A DNA stretch of 64,000 nt from Lachnospiraceae bacterium (GTDB taxonomy: Bacteria > Bacillota > Clostridia > Lachnospirales > Lachnospiraceae): NCBI GenBank assembly GCA_024403275.1, contig JAKSSD010000006.1:821-64820 (forward strand), written 5' to 3'. The position numbers were made by a program, and so were the translations under genes. Shown piece after piece: positions 1-10,440 of the stretch (its first letter is position 1; every line of letters starts with the position of its first letter). The notes beneath the pieces are model-generated. The model was not told the origin of the DNA and ran no database searches. It was given only the letters and a program-made list of their open reading frames with translations.

Positions 1-740
1 GTGTTCCAATTAAGAAGATGGTAGCTGGTATCAGCTGTGGTCTTGTAACTGGTGATACAGATGATGATTTCGTACTTCTTACAGATATCCAGGGTCTCGA
101 AGATTTCTTCGGTGATATGGACTTCAAGGTAACAGGTACTAAGGATGGCATCACAGCTATTCAGATGGATATTAAGATTCATGGTCTTACACGTCCTATC
201 GTTGAAGGTGCTATTGCAAGATGTCGTGAAGCTAGATTCTTCATTATGGACAACTGCATGAGCAAGGCTATTGCTGAGCCACGTAAGGATGTTAATGAAT
301 ATGCTCCTAAGATTCTTCAGATTACAATTGATCCTGAGAAGATCGGTGATGTTGTAGGTCAGAAGGGTAAGACAATTAATGAGATTATCGCTCGTACAAA
401 TGTTAAGATTGATATTACAGACGATGGTAGAGTAAGCGTTTGCGGTACTGATTTAAATAAGATCAACGAAGCTATCGATATGATTAATACAATCGTTACA
501 GATTATACAGAAGGTCAGATTCTTAAGGGCGAAGTAGTTTCAATCAAGGAATTTGGTGCATTCGTTGAATTTGCTCCTGGTAAGGAAGGTATGGTTCATA
601 TTTCTAAGATTGCTAAGCAGCGTATCGACCATGTTGAAGATGTACTTACACTTGGTGACAAGGTTACAGTAGTATGTCTTGGCAAGGATAAGATGGGCAG
701 AATGAGCTTCTCAATCAAGGATGTTCCAGCACAGCAGTAA
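1..740 (+). CDS. pnp: polynucleotide phosphorylase (PNPase), C-terminal part; 5' end outside window
   Basis: The frame is open from the window edge to TAA at 738-740. The translation shows the end of the RNase PH core (DIQGLEDFFGDMDFKVTGT), a KH module (GQKGKTINEI) and an S1 module (GEVVSIKEFGAFVEF). Confidence 0.92.
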   Translation, partial: VPIKKMVAGISCGLVTGDTDDDFVLLTDIQGLEDFFGDMDFKVTGTKDGITAIQMDIKIHGLTRPIVEGAIARCREARFFIMDNCMSKAIAEPRKDVNEYAPKILQITIDPEKIGDVVGQKGKTINEIIARTNVKIDITDDGRVSVCGTDLNKINEAIDMINTIVTDYTEGQILKGEVVSIKEFGAFVEFAPGKEGMVHISKIAKQRIDHVEDVLTLGDKVTVVCLGKDKMGRMSFSIKDVPAQQ

Positions 741-762
741 TTTAAACATTTAATGATATAAG

Positions 763-800
763 ACATCACATAGACCTTAATTGGTTTATGTGATGTTTTG
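763..800 (+). terminator. rho-independent terminator after pnp
   Basis: Inverted repeat acatcacatagacc / ggtttatgtgatgt followed by a T-rich run. It also overlaps the TTG start given by the ORF track at 781, which argues against that start. Confidence 0.6.
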
Positions 801-816
801 TTTAAGGGGGATAAAA

Positions 817-1170
817 ATGGAAAATATGCTTAATGATCAGAAAAAGAATAATATAATTCCTAAATGGATTACTATTTTAAATTATGTATTTTCTGCATAT
901 TTATTGTTTTATGGTGTTAATGGAATTATTGTTGTCTTTTCCTGGGTAAAAACTTTACCCTATGGATTTTTTACATTTTTTCTATTAGGTATAATTCCAA
1001 CTATCATCATTGTTACATTTGAGCATTTTTGCATTTTAAAGCACTACAAAGGGATTGTATTTTTGGTGTCAAGAATTGCATCTATAGTTTCAATAATAAC
1101 GATTTTGGTTTTTGTTATTCAGATTATTATGATTTTCCATGGTTTATCGTCTATGGTAGGAATCTGGTAG
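817..1170 (+). CDS. small hydrophobic membrane protein, function unknown
   Basis: ATG at 817 is preceded by AAGGGGG. The translation (MENMLNDQKK...) has 3-4 predicted hydrophobic helices and no recognisable family. Confidence 0.55.
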   Translation: MENMLNDQKKNNIIPKWITILNYVFSAYLLFYGVNGIIVVFSWVKTLPYGFFTFFLLGIIPTIIIVTFEHFCILKHYKGIVFLVSRIASIVSIITILVFVIQIIMIFHGLSSMVGIW

Positions 1171-1248
1171 TAGTAAAATAAGTTTAAATTTTAGTGCATT
1201 TTGTTATAATTAAATTAATATGGTTTTGTATTTATTATGGGGGTAAGT

Positions 1249-2400
1249 ATGAAGAGAGTATTTTTAATTGTATTAGATAGCTTTGGCATTGGTTATGAAC
1301 CAGATGCTGATTTATTTGGTGATATGGGTACTAATACCCTTAAATCATGTATGACTAGTCAGTTCTTTGATATGCCTAATATGAGAAGCTTAGGTTTATT
1401 TAATATTGATGGTGTAGAAACTGATTTGGCTGTTGATAAGCCTCAGGCAATGATTGCCAGAATGAGGGAGAAATCCATGGGAAAGGATACTACTATTGGA
1501 CATTGGGAGATAGCAGGTATGGTATCGCCTAATCCTATGCCGACTTATCCAAATGGTTTCCCTAAAGAGGTTATTGAAGAGTTTGAAAGACTTACTGGTC
1601 GTAAAGCTATCGTAAATAAAACATATTCAGGTACACAGGTTATTAATGATTATGGTGATGAGCATGTAAATACTGGAGCTTTGATAGTATATACATCAGC
1701 AGATTCAGTATTTCAGATAGCGGCTCATGAGGAAATAGTTCCACTTGAGACTCTGTATGAGTATTGTAGAATTGCTCGTAAAATGTTAGTTGGAGAACAT
1801 GGTGTAGGAAGAGTTATTGCCAGACCTTTCTTAGGAACAAGTGGTAACTATTATAGAACTCCACACAGACATGATTTTTCATTAGTACCACCCAAGGATA
1901 CTATGCTTAATATTCTTAATGGGGCAGGTAAGGATGTATTATCTATTGGTAAAATATATGATATTTTCGCCGGTAGTGGAATTACTGAATATACATATAC
2001 TTCTTCAAATGAGGATGGTATTAATAAGACGATAGAGTGGATGGATAAGGATTTTGAAGGTCTTTGTTTCACTAATTTAGTGGATTTTGATATGCTTTAT
2101 GGTCATAGAAGAGATATTGATGGATATGCTAAGGCTCTTGCTTATTTTGACTTAAGACTTCCAGAGATACTCAGTAAATTAAAAGATGATGATTGTCTTA
2201 TGATAACTGCAGATCATGGTTGTGATCCTGGATACACTAAGACAACAGATCATACAAGAGAATATATTCCTTTTGTAATTTATGGTAAAAATATAGAACC
2301 ATGCAATATGGGTACCAGAGAGACCTTCGCAGATATTGGTGCTACTGTGCTTAAATTGTTAAATGTTGAAGGCAAGCTTGATGGAACCTCAATGGTTTAA
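1249..2400 (+). CDS. deoB: phosphopentomutase
   Basis: MKRVFLIVLDSFGIG... and the C-terminal ITADHGCDP motif are typical of metal-dependent phosphopentomutase. ATG at 1249 follows a GGGGG Shine-Dalgarno. An extended -10 (TGTTATAAT, 1202-1210) lies upstream. Confidence 0.9.
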   Translation: MKRVFLIVLDSFGIGYEPDADLFGDMGTNTLKSCMTSQFFDMPNMRSLGLFNIDGVETDLAVDKPQAMIARMREKSMGKDTTIGHWEIAGMVSPNPMPTYPNGFPKEVIEEFERLTGRKAIVNKTYSGTQVINDYGDEHVNTGALIVYTSADSVFQIAAHEEIVPLETLYEYCRIARKMLVGEHGVGRVIARPFLGTSGNYYRTPHRHDFSLVPPKDTMLNILNGAGKDVLSIGKIYDIFAGSGITEYTYTSSNEDGINKTIEWMDKDFEGLCFTNLVDFDMLYGHRRDIDGYAKALAYFDLRLPEILSKLKDDDCLMITADHGCDPGYTKTTDHTREYIPFVIYGKNIEPCNMGTRETFADIGATVLKLLNVEGKLDGTSMV

Positions 2401-2425
2401 TCAATATAGAAAGTAGGATTTTAAA

Positions 2426-4018
2426 GTGGGACAATACGACAAAGAGATTAACAGAAGACGTACATTTGCTATTATTTCGCACCCTGATGCTGGTAAGACA
2501 ACTCTTACAGAGAAATTTCTTCTCTATGGTGGAGCTATTAATCTTGCTGGTTCAGTTAAGGGTAAGGCTACAGCAAGACATGCGGTATCTGACTGGATGG
2601 AAATCGAGAAGGAAAGAGGTATTTCAGTAACTTCATCAGTTCTTCAGTTTGAATATGATGGCTTCTGTGTAAATATTCTTGATACACCTGGACACCAGGA
2701 TTTCTCTGAGGATACATATAGAACACTTATGGCTGCAGACTCTGCAGTAATGGTTATTGATGCATCAAAGGGTGTTGAGGCACAGACTAGAAAGTTATTT
2801 AAGGTATGTGGAATGAGAGGTATTCCTATCTTCACATTTATTAACAAGCTTGATAGAGATGCTCTTGATACATTTGAACTTCTTGATCAGATTGAGAATG
2901 AACTTGGTATTGCCACCTGTCCTGTTAACTGGCCAATTGGCTCGGGTAAGGGATTTAAGGGTGTATATGATCGTAAAAATGAAAAGGTTGTTCTTTTCTC
3001 AGATACTGAAAAGGGTACTAAGGAAGGTACAACTACAGAGATTATGAAATCTGACACTGATGAGCTTACAAAGGTTATTGGTGAGGATGCATTATCTCAG
3101 CTTAATGATGAAATCGAGCTTCTCGATGGTGCAGCTGCAGAATTTAATCTTGATGAGGTTAGAGCAGGTAAATTGACTCCTGTATTCTTTGGTTCTGCTC
3201 TTACTAACTTTGGTGTTGAAATTTTCTTGAATAATTTCCTTCAAATGTCAACAACACCACTTCCAAGAAAGAGTGATGCTGGAATGATTGATCCATTGGA
3301 GAATGAGTTCTCAGCATTTGTATTTAAGATTCAGGCTAACATGAATAAGGCTCATAGAGATAGAATTGCATTTATGCGTATTTGCTCTGGTAAATTCGAT
3401 GCAAGCAAGGAAGTTTATCATATGCAGGGTGGTAAATCAATGAGACTTTCACAGCCCCAGCAGATTATGGCTGATGATAGAAAGATTCTTGATACTGCAT
3501 ACGGTGGTGATATTATTGGTGTATTTGATCCAGGTATCTTCTCAATTGGTGATACACTTACTGTAGCTAATAATAAATTTAACTATGAAGGTATTCCTAC
3601 ATTCGCACCAGAACATTTTGCAAGAGTAAGACAGGTTGATACGATGAAGAGAAAACAGTTCATGAAGGGTATCACTCAGATTGCGCAGGAAGGTGCTATT
3701 CAGATTTTCCAGGAATTTAATACTGGTATGGAAGAAATCATTGTAGGTGTAGTTGGTGTACTTCAGTTTGAAGTTTTGAAATACAGACTTGAGAATGAAT
3801 ACAATGTTGAAATCAGAATGGATTCACTTCCATATGAACATATCAGATGGGTTGAGAGTAAGGATATTGATGTTTCTAAGATTATTGGTACATCAGATAT
3901 GAAGAAGGTTAAAGACATGAAGGGTAATCCTTTGTTGTTATTTGTAAATTCATGGTCTGTAGGTATGACACTCGACAGAAATGAAGGTCTTGTACTTTCT
4001 GAATTCGGAAGGGAATAA
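2426..4018 (+). CDS. prfC: peptide chain release factor 3 (GTPase)
   Basis: RRTFAIISHPDAGKTTLTEK, DTPGHQDF and NKLD GTPase motifs; the length (530 aa) fits RF3. GTG start at 2426. Confidence 0.93.
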   Translation: MGQYDKEINRRRTFAIISHPDAGKTTLTEKFLLYGGAINLAGSVKGKATARHAVSDWMEIEKERGISVTSSVLQFEYDGFCVNILDTPGHQDFSEDTYRTLMAADSAVMVIDASKGVEAQTRKLFKVCGMRGIPIFTFINKLDRDALDTFELLDQIENELGIATCPVNWPIGSGKGFKGVYDRKNEKVVLFSDTEKGTKEGTTTEIMKSDTDELTKVIGEDALSQLNDEIELLDGAAAEFNLDEVRAGKLTPVFFGSALTNFGVEIFLNNFLQMSTTPLPRKSDAGMIDPLENEFSAFVFKIQANMNKAHRDRIAFMRICSGKFDASKEVYHMQGGKSMRLSQPQQIMADDRKILDTAYGGDIIGVFDPGIFSIGDTLTVANNKFNYEGIPTFAPEHFARVRQVDTMKRKQFMKGITQIAQEGAIQIFQEFNTGMEEIIVGVVGVLQFEVLKYRLENEYNVEIRMDSLPYEHIRWVESKDIDVSKIIGTSDMKKVKDMKGNPLLLFVNSWSVGMTLDRNEGLVLSEFGRE

Positions 4019-5356
4019 ATGAAGAATTTAAAATATATTGCAGCGGTTTTAGGACTGGTATTGGTCTTAGTAATAGTTGCAAGCCTTGTTTTAGATAAAA
4101 AACTTGAAGAGGATTCTACATTTGTTTCTGATATTGTTGATTTTGATAAATTAAATGTAACTTCTTCTAATAATGAATCTAATAAAAAGGATTTAAAACT
4201 TAGTGATAATACTGTATTTTCAGAGAATCCGGAGGACAATAGTGATTCTTCTGAGAATGGTATGTTCATGAAAGCTACACTTACTAGAGAAGAGTGGCAA
4301 AATAGAATAGATAATGGCATTAATTCATCAGGCCTTAGAGAAGCAGATATAAAGTGTAAGAAGCTTTATTATTATTCTCATCTTGATGATTTTAAGAAAC
4401 AGCTTTATTTGGAGATTTATATTTGTCTTAGAGATTTAAAGACAGGTATTCCTCTTTGCTCAACTAGTACAGATGAGATAGATGAAGCTTTTAACTGCGT
4501 TATGTATGATCATCCTGAGATTTTCTATGCAGATGGATACCTTGTTACCAGATATTCATTAAATGATGAGATAGCTCTAATTGAGATTTCACCTGCATTT
4601 ACGATGACTAAGGAAGAGATTAATGAACAACAAAAATATGTAGATGCTTATGCTAAAGCGTTTTTAGATAATCTTCCTAAAAATTCTTCAGAATATGAGA
4701 AGATAAAATTCGCTTATGAATTTGTTATTCTAACTACCGATTATGATACTAATGCAGTAGAAAATCAGAATATTATATCTGTTTGCAGGTATCAAAAATC
4801 AGTGTGTAAGGGCTATGCGAAAACCTTTCAGTATTTGACTTCTTTAGTTGGAGTAAAATCCACAGTGATTTCTGGTACAGTAGGCAATGGTGATGGTCAT
4901 GCCTGGAATCTGGTTGTATGCAATGATCAGTATTATTATGTTGATTGCACATGGGGTGATTCTTCGTATATGGCCAATTATCAGAGTACTCATAACAGTG
5001 ATGATATTAATTATGATTATTTAAATATTACAACAGTTGAGCTTCAAAAAACTCATACAATCTCAGATTTTGTTGAAGTTCCACTTTGTAATGCAACAAA
5101 GAATAATTACTATGTTAGGGAAGAATTGTATTTTACTTCTGTTGATGAAGAACAGCTAAAGAAAGCTTTTAAGTTCGCATCTTATTCAGACAGAAATACA
5201 GTTGAAATCAAATGTTCTAATCAGTCGGTCTACAACAAAATGGGACAGTATTTGTTTGATGAACAGAATGTATTTTATTATCTTCCTTCAAAAAGTAGTT
5301 CAATGAAGGTTTTTAAGAATCCTGATTTGCTTATTTATTCCATTCCTTTGGAATAA
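4019..5356 (+). CDS. membrane-anchored transglutaminase-like (Cys-His-Asp) domain protein
   Basis: N-terminal TM helix (IAAVLGLVLVLVIVASLVL). The core CKGYAKTFQYL ... GHAWNLV ... YYVDCTWGD resembles the transglutaminase-like cysteine protease fold. The ATG directly abuts the prfC stop (TAAATG). Confidence 0.7.
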   Translation: MKNLKYIAAVLGLVLVLVIVASLVLDKKLEEDSTFVSDIVDFDKLNVTSSNNESNKKDLKLSDNTVFSENPEDNSDSSENGMFMKATLTREEWQNRIDNGINSSGLREADIKCKKLYYYSHLDDFKKQLYLEIYICLRDLKTGIPLCSTSTDEIDEAFNCVMYDHPEIFYADGYLVTRYSLNDEIALIEISPAFTMTKEEINEQQKYVDAYAKAFLDNLPKNSSEYEKIKFAYEFVILTTDYDTNAVENQNIISVCRYQKSVCKGYAKTFQYLTSLVGVKSTVISGTVGNGDGHAWNLVVCNDQYYYVDCTWGDSSYMANYQSTHNSDDINYDYLNITTVELQKTHTISDFVEVPLCNATKNNYYVREELYFTSVDEEQLKKAFKFASYSDRNTVEIKCSNQSVYNKMGQYLFDEQNVFYYLPSKSSSMKVFKNPDLLIYSIPLE

Positions 5357-5366
5357 AAAGCCTATC

Positions 5367-5395
5367 TTGTTGAAGAATATAAATTATGTTATAAT
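5367..5395 (+). promoter_or_regulatory. sigma-70-type promoter (TTGTTG-17-TATAAT with TGn extension) for the asp23-nusB operon
   Basis: -35 TTGTTG at 5367-5372, 17-nt spacer, TGTTATAAT with -10 at 5390-5395. Confidence 0.5.
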
Positions 5396-5419
5396 TCGAT
5401 TTATGTGGAGGTATATATT

Positions 5420-5764
5420 ATGAATTCTACTAATAATGAGAAAATCGGTTCTGTTAGAATTGCAACAGATGTAGTTCCTTTGATTGCTGCTTTAGCTGCA
5501 CAGGATGTTGAAGGTGTTGCTCCTATTCAGGATAAGAAAAGTTCCGCATTTAAGATTAATACAAAGAGAACAACTAAAGGAATTAAGGTAGATATCAAGG
5601 GTAAGAAGGTTAAAGTTGATATGTCTATCGGTATTATTTATGGATACCAGGTTCCAGAAATTAGTGCAAAGGTTCAGACTTCAGTTAAGACTGCAATTGA
5701 AACAATGACAAATCTTGAAGTTACAGATGTTAATGTCAGAATTAATTCTGTAAATAATTTATAG
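5420..5764 (+). CDS. Asp23/Gls24-family alkaline shock protein
   Basis: GSVRIATDVVPLIAALAAQDVEGV is typical of Asp23. GGAGG lies upstream of ATG 5420. The position before nusB is conserved in Firmicutes. Confidence 0.85.
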   Translation: MNSTNNEKIGSVRIATDVVPLIAALAAQDVEGVAPIQDKKSSAFKINTKRTTKGIKVDIKGKKVKVDMSIGIIYGYQVPEISAKVQTSVKTAIETMTNLEVTDVNVRINSVNNL

Positions 5765-5771
5765 GTGAAAT

Positions 5772-6221
5772 ATGAGCAGAAAATCTGAAAGAGAATTAAC
5801 ATTTAAATTACTTTATATGTCTAACTTTTATGAAGAGAAGGATTTGACAGAGGAATTATTATTATATTTCGATGCACCATATCCATATCCAGAGAGTGAA
5901 GATGATAATATTATCGATTTTTCATCTTTAAAGGATGCTCTTAATGATGTTGAGAGACAAAAAGTAGTTGCTAAATATGTTGAAGTACTTGAGAAAATTG
6001 CTGAAATCGATGAGAAGATTTCAGAGGTTTCCAAAGGTTGGACAATTGACAGAATGGGAAAAGTAGAGCTTGCTATATTGAGACTTGCAATATTTGAAAT
6101 TCTGTATGATGACGAAGTTCCAACAGGAGTGGCTATTAATGAAGCGGTTGAACTTGCAAAGAAGTTTGGCCCTGATGAGTCATATGCCTTCGTCAATGGT
6201 GTTTTGGCTAAATTTGCGTAG
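5772..6221 (+). CDS. nusB: transcription antitermination factor NusB
   Basis: RELTFKLLY..., [13 protein letters not shown] and [11 protein letters not shown] motifs; synteny with asp23 and xseA. Confidence 0.9.
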   Translation: MSRKSERELTFKLLYMSNFYEEKDLTEELLLYFDAPYPYPESEDDNIIDFSSLKDALNDVERQKVVAKYVEVLEKIAEIDEKISEVSKGWTIDRMGKVELAILRLAIFEILYDDEVPTGVAINEAVELAKKFGPDESYAFVNGVLAKFA

Positions 6222-6229
6222 GGTGTTTT

Positions 6230-7444
6230 GTGAAAAGCATTTATTCCGTATATCAGTTAAATACATATATTCATAATATGTTTGGAGAAGATATTTTGTT
6301 ATCTGATGTTTCTGTATCAGGAGAGATTAGTAATTTAAAGTATCATTCCTCCGGACATATTTATTTTACCCTAAAAGACTCTCAGTCTGCTGTTTCTTGC
6401 GCCATTTTCCGTTCGTCCGCCAGCAAACTGAGTAAACCATTAAAGGATGGTGATAAGATTATCGCCACCGGATCTGTTAACAATTATATTCCCAATGGAT
6501 CAATTACATTTAATGTTACGTCAGTTAAAGCTCAAGGAGTTGGTGAACTTACAGTTAAATTTGAGGAACTGAAAAATAAACTTAAGGAACAGGGACTTTT
6601 TGACCAGGAATTTAAACAACCTATTCCTAAATTCCCTAAGACTGTAGGAATTGTAACAGCACCTACTGGAGCAGCTATTAGAGATATTATTTCTGTTTCA
6701 AAGAGACGTAATCCATATATATCGCTGGTTCTTTATCCTGCAATAGTTCAGGGGGCTGATGCGGTACCTTCAATTGTTGCTGGCATTAATGCCTTAGAGG
6801 CATATGGTGTAGATGTTATTATTGTGGGCCGAGGCGGTGGAAGTATTGAGGATTTATGGGCATTTAATGAAGAAGAAGTTGCTTATGCAATTTTCCAATC
6901 CACAATACCAATAATTTCTGCTGTAGGACATGAAATTGATTTTACAATTGCGGATTTTGTTGCAGATATGAGAGCGGCTACGCCATCAGCAGCTGCAGAG
7001 CTTGCAGTTCCAGATATAGTTTCTGTTATAAATGACATAGATAAGCTTGATAAAAGATTAAATCAGGCCATTCTTAATAAACTTGATTTAAATAAGAGTA
7101 AGGTAAAGGTCTTAGAGGCTAAGCTTGATAAAGTATCGCCTGAAAATTCTCTTAAGAATAAAAAACTTCTTATTGAGAATTATGAGAAGAGACTTGATTA
7201 TCTTATGAAAAATTCTATAGCGAATCAAAGACATAGGCTTGATAAGCTTAGTGAGAGATTAAAGGGTGTATCGCCTCTTGAGAGATTATCACAGGGTATG
7301 GCATATGTGACAGATATAAATGGTTTACGAATTTCAGGAGTGGCAAATCTTAATGCTAATGATGAATTAAAAGTCATTATGAAGGATGGTATTGCTACAG
7401 TTTCAGTTAAGAGTGTTCAGAAGGAGACTTATGATGGACAGTAA
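6230..7444 (+). CDS. xseA: exodeoxyribonuclease VII large subunit
   Basis: N-terminal OB fold (VSGEISNLKYHSSGHIYFTLKD) and catalytic core (VGIVTAPTGAAIRD, IIVGRGGGSIEDLWAFN). GTG start. Confidence 0.9.
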   Translation: MKSIYSVYQLNTYIHNMFGEDILLSDVSVSGEISNLKYHSSGHIYFTLKDSQSAVSCAIFRSSASKLSKPLKDGDKIIATGSVNNYIPNGSITFNVTSVKAQGVGELTVKFEELKNKLKEQGLFDQEFKQPIPKFPKTVGIVTAPTGAAIRDIISVSKRRNPYISLVLYPAIVQGADAVPSIVAGINALEAYGVDVIIVGRGGGSIEDLWAFNEEEVAYAIFQSTIPIISAVGHEIDFTIADFVADMRAATPSAAAELAVPDIVSVINDIDKLDKRLNQAILNKLDLNKSKVKVLEAKLDKVSPENSLKNKKLLIENYEKRLDYLMKNSIANQRHRLDKLSERLKGVSPLERLSQGMAYVTDINGLRISGVANLNANDELKVIMKDGIATVSVKSVQKETYDGQ

Positions 7445-7664
7445 TTCTTTAGAAGAGAAGTTTCAAAGTATTGAAACAATTATTGCGAATCTTGAAAAAG
7501 ATGATATTCCACTCGAAACTGCTTTAGAAGATTATGCTAAAGCTAAAGTAATGATTGAAGAGTGTAAAAGTAAAATAGATATGGTTGAAAAAGAGGTATT
7601 AAAGCTTACTAAAGGAAATGATGTCGTAGCCTTTGATAATAGTGAGGATGAATTACCTTTTTAG
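7431..7664 (+). CDS. xseB: exodeoxyribonuclease VII small subunit
   Basis: Short helical protein (LEEKFQSIETIIANLEKDDIPLETALEDY) directly after xseA. AAGGAG at 7421-7426; ATG at 7431 or 7434. Confidence 0.85.
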   Translation: MMDSNSLEEKFQSIETIIANLEKDDIPLETALEDYAKAKVMIEECKSKIDMVEKEVLKLTKGNDVVAFDNSEDELPF

Positions 7665-7672
7665 GAGTTTAA

Positions 7673-8575
7673 ATGGAATTTAAAGAAGAACTTAAGATTA
7701 AAATTGATGAAGTAATGAAGCTTATTACTCCATATATTCCAAAAGAATCAGGTTATCAGAAACTCGTTATGGAAGCTATGAATTATTCTTTTCTTGGCGG
7801 TGGTAAGAGATTAAGACCTATGTTTATTCTTGAAAGCTATCGCTTCTTTGGAGGCAAAAATCCAGAAGAAGTGGCTGTATTTATGGCAGCCCAGGAGATG
7901 ATTCATACATATTCTCTTATTCATGATGATTTGCCAGCAATGGATAATGACGATTATAGAAGAGGAAGGTTAACCTGTCATAAGAGATTTGATGAGGCAA
8001 CTGCAATTCTTGCAGGTGATGGTCTTCTTAATTATGCATTTGAAATTGTTGCTGACAAAATGGATAAGGAAGAAGACACTGACAGACTTAAGAGAATGGT
8101 TAAGGCCAATAAGATTTTATCAGCCAAAGCTGGTATAAATGGTATGATTGGTGGTCAGGTTGTTGATCTTATCAGTGAGAATAATCCTAATACAGATAAG
8201 GAAACACTTTTATTTATACATGAGTGTAAAACAGCTGCTCTCATTGAATCAGCTCTAATGATAGGTGCCATTATGGCAGGAGCCTCTGATGAAGAGGTTT
8301 CAAAGATTGAAAAGGTTGGATCAAATGTTGGTTTAGCATTTCAGATTCAGGATGACATCCTTGATGTCATTGGCACACAGGAAGAACTTGGCAAGCCTAT
8401 TGGAAGCGATGCTAAGAATGAAAAGGTTACATATGTAACTATGGAAGGTCTTGAAAAAAGTAAAAAGGATCAGGAAGACCTTACTAAACAGGCAATCGAA
8501 CTTCTTGATGGAATGAATCATAGTAATGAGTTTTTAAAAGAACTCTTGCTTGATCTTGTAACGAGGAAAAAATAA
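7673..8575 (+). CDS. ispA: farnesyl diphosphate synthase (polyprenyl synthetase)
   Basis: First and second Asp-rich motifs (LIHDDLPAMDNDDYRRG and FQIQDDILD). Confidence 0.9.
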   Translation: MEFKEELKIKIDEVMKLITPYIPKESGYQKLVMEAMNYSFLGGGKRLRPMFILESYRFFGGKNPEEVAVFMAAQEMIHTYSLIHDDLPAMDNDDYRRGRLTCHKRFDEATAILAGDGLLNYAFEIVADKMDKEEDTDRLKRMVKANKILSAKAGINGMIGGQVVDLISENNPNTDKETLLFIHECKTAALIESALMIGAIMAGASDEEVSKIEKVGSNVGLAFQIQDDILDVIGTQEELGKPIGSDAKNEKVTYVTMEGLEKSKKDQEDLTKQAIELLDGMNHSNEFLKELLLDLVTRKK

Positions 8576-10440
8576 TGTATCTTGAGAAAATTAATCATCC
8601 AAATGATATAAAAAAAGTACCAAGAGCTAAATTAAATGTACTTGCTCAGGAAATTAGAGAATTTCTTATTGAATCTATATCTGAAACAGGTGGACATCTT
8701 GGTGCAAATCTTGGAACTGTTGAACTTACGATGGCATTACATCTTTGTTTGGATTTCCCAGAAGATAAACTGATTTTTGATGTTGGACATCAGAGCTATA
8801 CACATAAGATTTTAACAGGTAGAAGAGAAGAATTTCCTACTCTTAGAAAACATGGTGGAATTGCAGGATTCCCTAAAACTTCTGAGAGTGATTGTGATGC
8901 ATTTAATACTGGACATTCTTCTACATCTATTTCTGCAGGACTTGGTATGGCTACTGCCAGAACCTTAAATGGTAAGAATAATACTGTTGTATCAGTAATT
9001 GGTGATGGAGCTCTTACTGGTGGTATGGCTTATGAAGCGTTAAATAATGCAGGTAAATCGAATACTAAATTTATCGTTGTTTTAAATGACAATAATATGT
9101 CTATTTCTGAAAATGTCGGTGGTGTTAGTCAGTATCTTGATAATGTCAGAACAACAGAAAAATACCTTGAATTAAAGGAAGGCGTTAAGGGTAAGCTTTC
9201 ACATGTTCCAAGAGGAAATGAAATGATTTCAAGAATTCAGAAGGCTAAGGCTTCTCTTAAATCTTTTGTTATTCCTGGAATGTTTTTCGAGGAAATGGGA
9301 CTTACTTATTTAGGCCCTATTGATGGACATGATATTTCCGCAATGGTTAAAGCTTTAAATGAAGCTAAAAGATGTAAAACTCCAGTTCTTGTACATGTGC
9401 TTACCAAAAAGGGCAAAGGATATCTTCCTGCTGAAAGACATCCTGCAAGATTCCATGGTGCAGAGCCATTTGAAATCGAAACAGGATTACCTAAATATAA
9501 AAGAGTTGACCCTAATTACACAGATGTTTTCTCAACAGTTATGTGTAAAATGGGAGAGAGAGATAAAGATGTATGTGCTATTACAGCTGCTATGCCTGAT
9601 GGTACTGGTCTTAAAAGATTTAGAAGCATGTATCCTGATAGATTCTTTGATGTTGGTATTGCAGAAGAGCATGCGGTTACTTTTGCTGCAGGACTTGCAA
9701 TGGGAGGTTTAAAGCCTATTGTATGTATTTATTCTTCATTCCTTCAAAGAGCTTATGATCAGATGATTCATGATGTTTGTATTCAGAATCTCCATGTTGT
9801 ATTTGCAATAGACAGAGCTGGTATTGTTGGAAGTGATGGTGAAACTCATCAGGGTATATTTGATTTATCCTTCCTTTCTACAATTCCTAATATGTGTGTA
9901 ATGGCTCCAAAGAATAAATGGGAACTTTCAGATATGATGAAATTTGCTGTTAATTATGATGGACCAGTTGCAATCAGATATCCTCGTGGTAAGGCTTATG
10001 ATGGCTTAAGTGAATTCAGAGCGCCTATTGAATATGGTCAGGCTGAGTGGATTAATATGGAGTCTGATATATGTCTGCTTGCTGTTGGTAGTATGGTTAA
10101 GACAGCTGTTGAAGTCAGAGATAAATTAAAGGGAATGGGTAAAAATGTATCTATTCTCAATGTAAGATTTGTTAATCCTTTTGATAAAGAAATGATACTT
10201 GATGCTTTGAAAACTCATAAACACCTGGTTACTATGGAAGAGAATGTTAAGGCTGGTGGATTTGGTGAGAATATAGCTGAGTTTTTAAGTTCTCAGGGAA
10301 GATTTGCAAAGCTTACTAATATTTCTATTCCTGATATTTATGTTGAACATGGAAATGTTGATATATTGAAGAAAGAAATTGGCCTTGATGCTGATTCAAT
10401 AGTTGATAAGATTTTAAAAGATGGAGAGGGACTTTCGTGA
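8575..10440 (+). CDS. dxs: 1-deoxy-D-xylulose-5-phosphate synthase
   Basis: GGHLGANLG, GHSSTSISAGLG and GDGALTGGMAYEALN (ThDP binding) motifs; 621 aa. TAATG overlap with ispA. Confidence 0.95.
   Translation: MYLEKINHPNDIKKVPRAKLNVLAQEIREFLIESISETGGHLGANLGTVELTMALHLCLDFPEDKLIFDVGHQSYTHKILTGRREEFPTLRKHGGIAGFPKTSESDCDAFNTGHSSTSISAGLGMATARTLNGKNNTVVSVIGDGALTGGMAYEALNNAGKSNTKFIVVLNDNNMSISENVGGVSQYLDNVRTTEKYLELKEGVKGKLSHVPRGNEMISRIQKAKASLKSFVIPGMFFEEMGLTYLGPIDGHDISAMVKALNEAKRCKTPVLVHVLTKKGKGYLPAERHPARFHGAEPFEIETGLPKYKRVDPNYTDVFSTVMCKMGERDKDVCAITAAMPDGTGLKRFRSMYPDRFFDVGIAEEHAVTFAAGLAMGGLKPIVCIYSSFLQRAYDQMIHDVCIQNLHVVFAIDRAGIVGSDGETHQGIFDLSFLSTIPNMCVMAPKNKWELSDMMKFAVNYDGPVAIRYPRGKAYDGLSEFRAPIEYGQAEWINMESDICLLAVGSMVKTAVEVRDKLKGMGKNVSILNVRFVNPFDKEMILDALKTHKHLVTMEENVKAGGFGENIAEFLSSQGRFAKLTNISIPDIYVEHGNVDILKKEIGLDADSIVDKILKDGEGLS

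Noticed and set aside
3763-4320. 185-aa minus-strand ORF overlapping the prfC end and the transglutaminase-like gene start
   Set aside because: It is antisense to two well-supported genes. The translation is Ser/Leu/Phe-rich low complexity, typical of a reverse-frame shadow in AT-rich coding DNA, and it has no Shine-Dalgarno.
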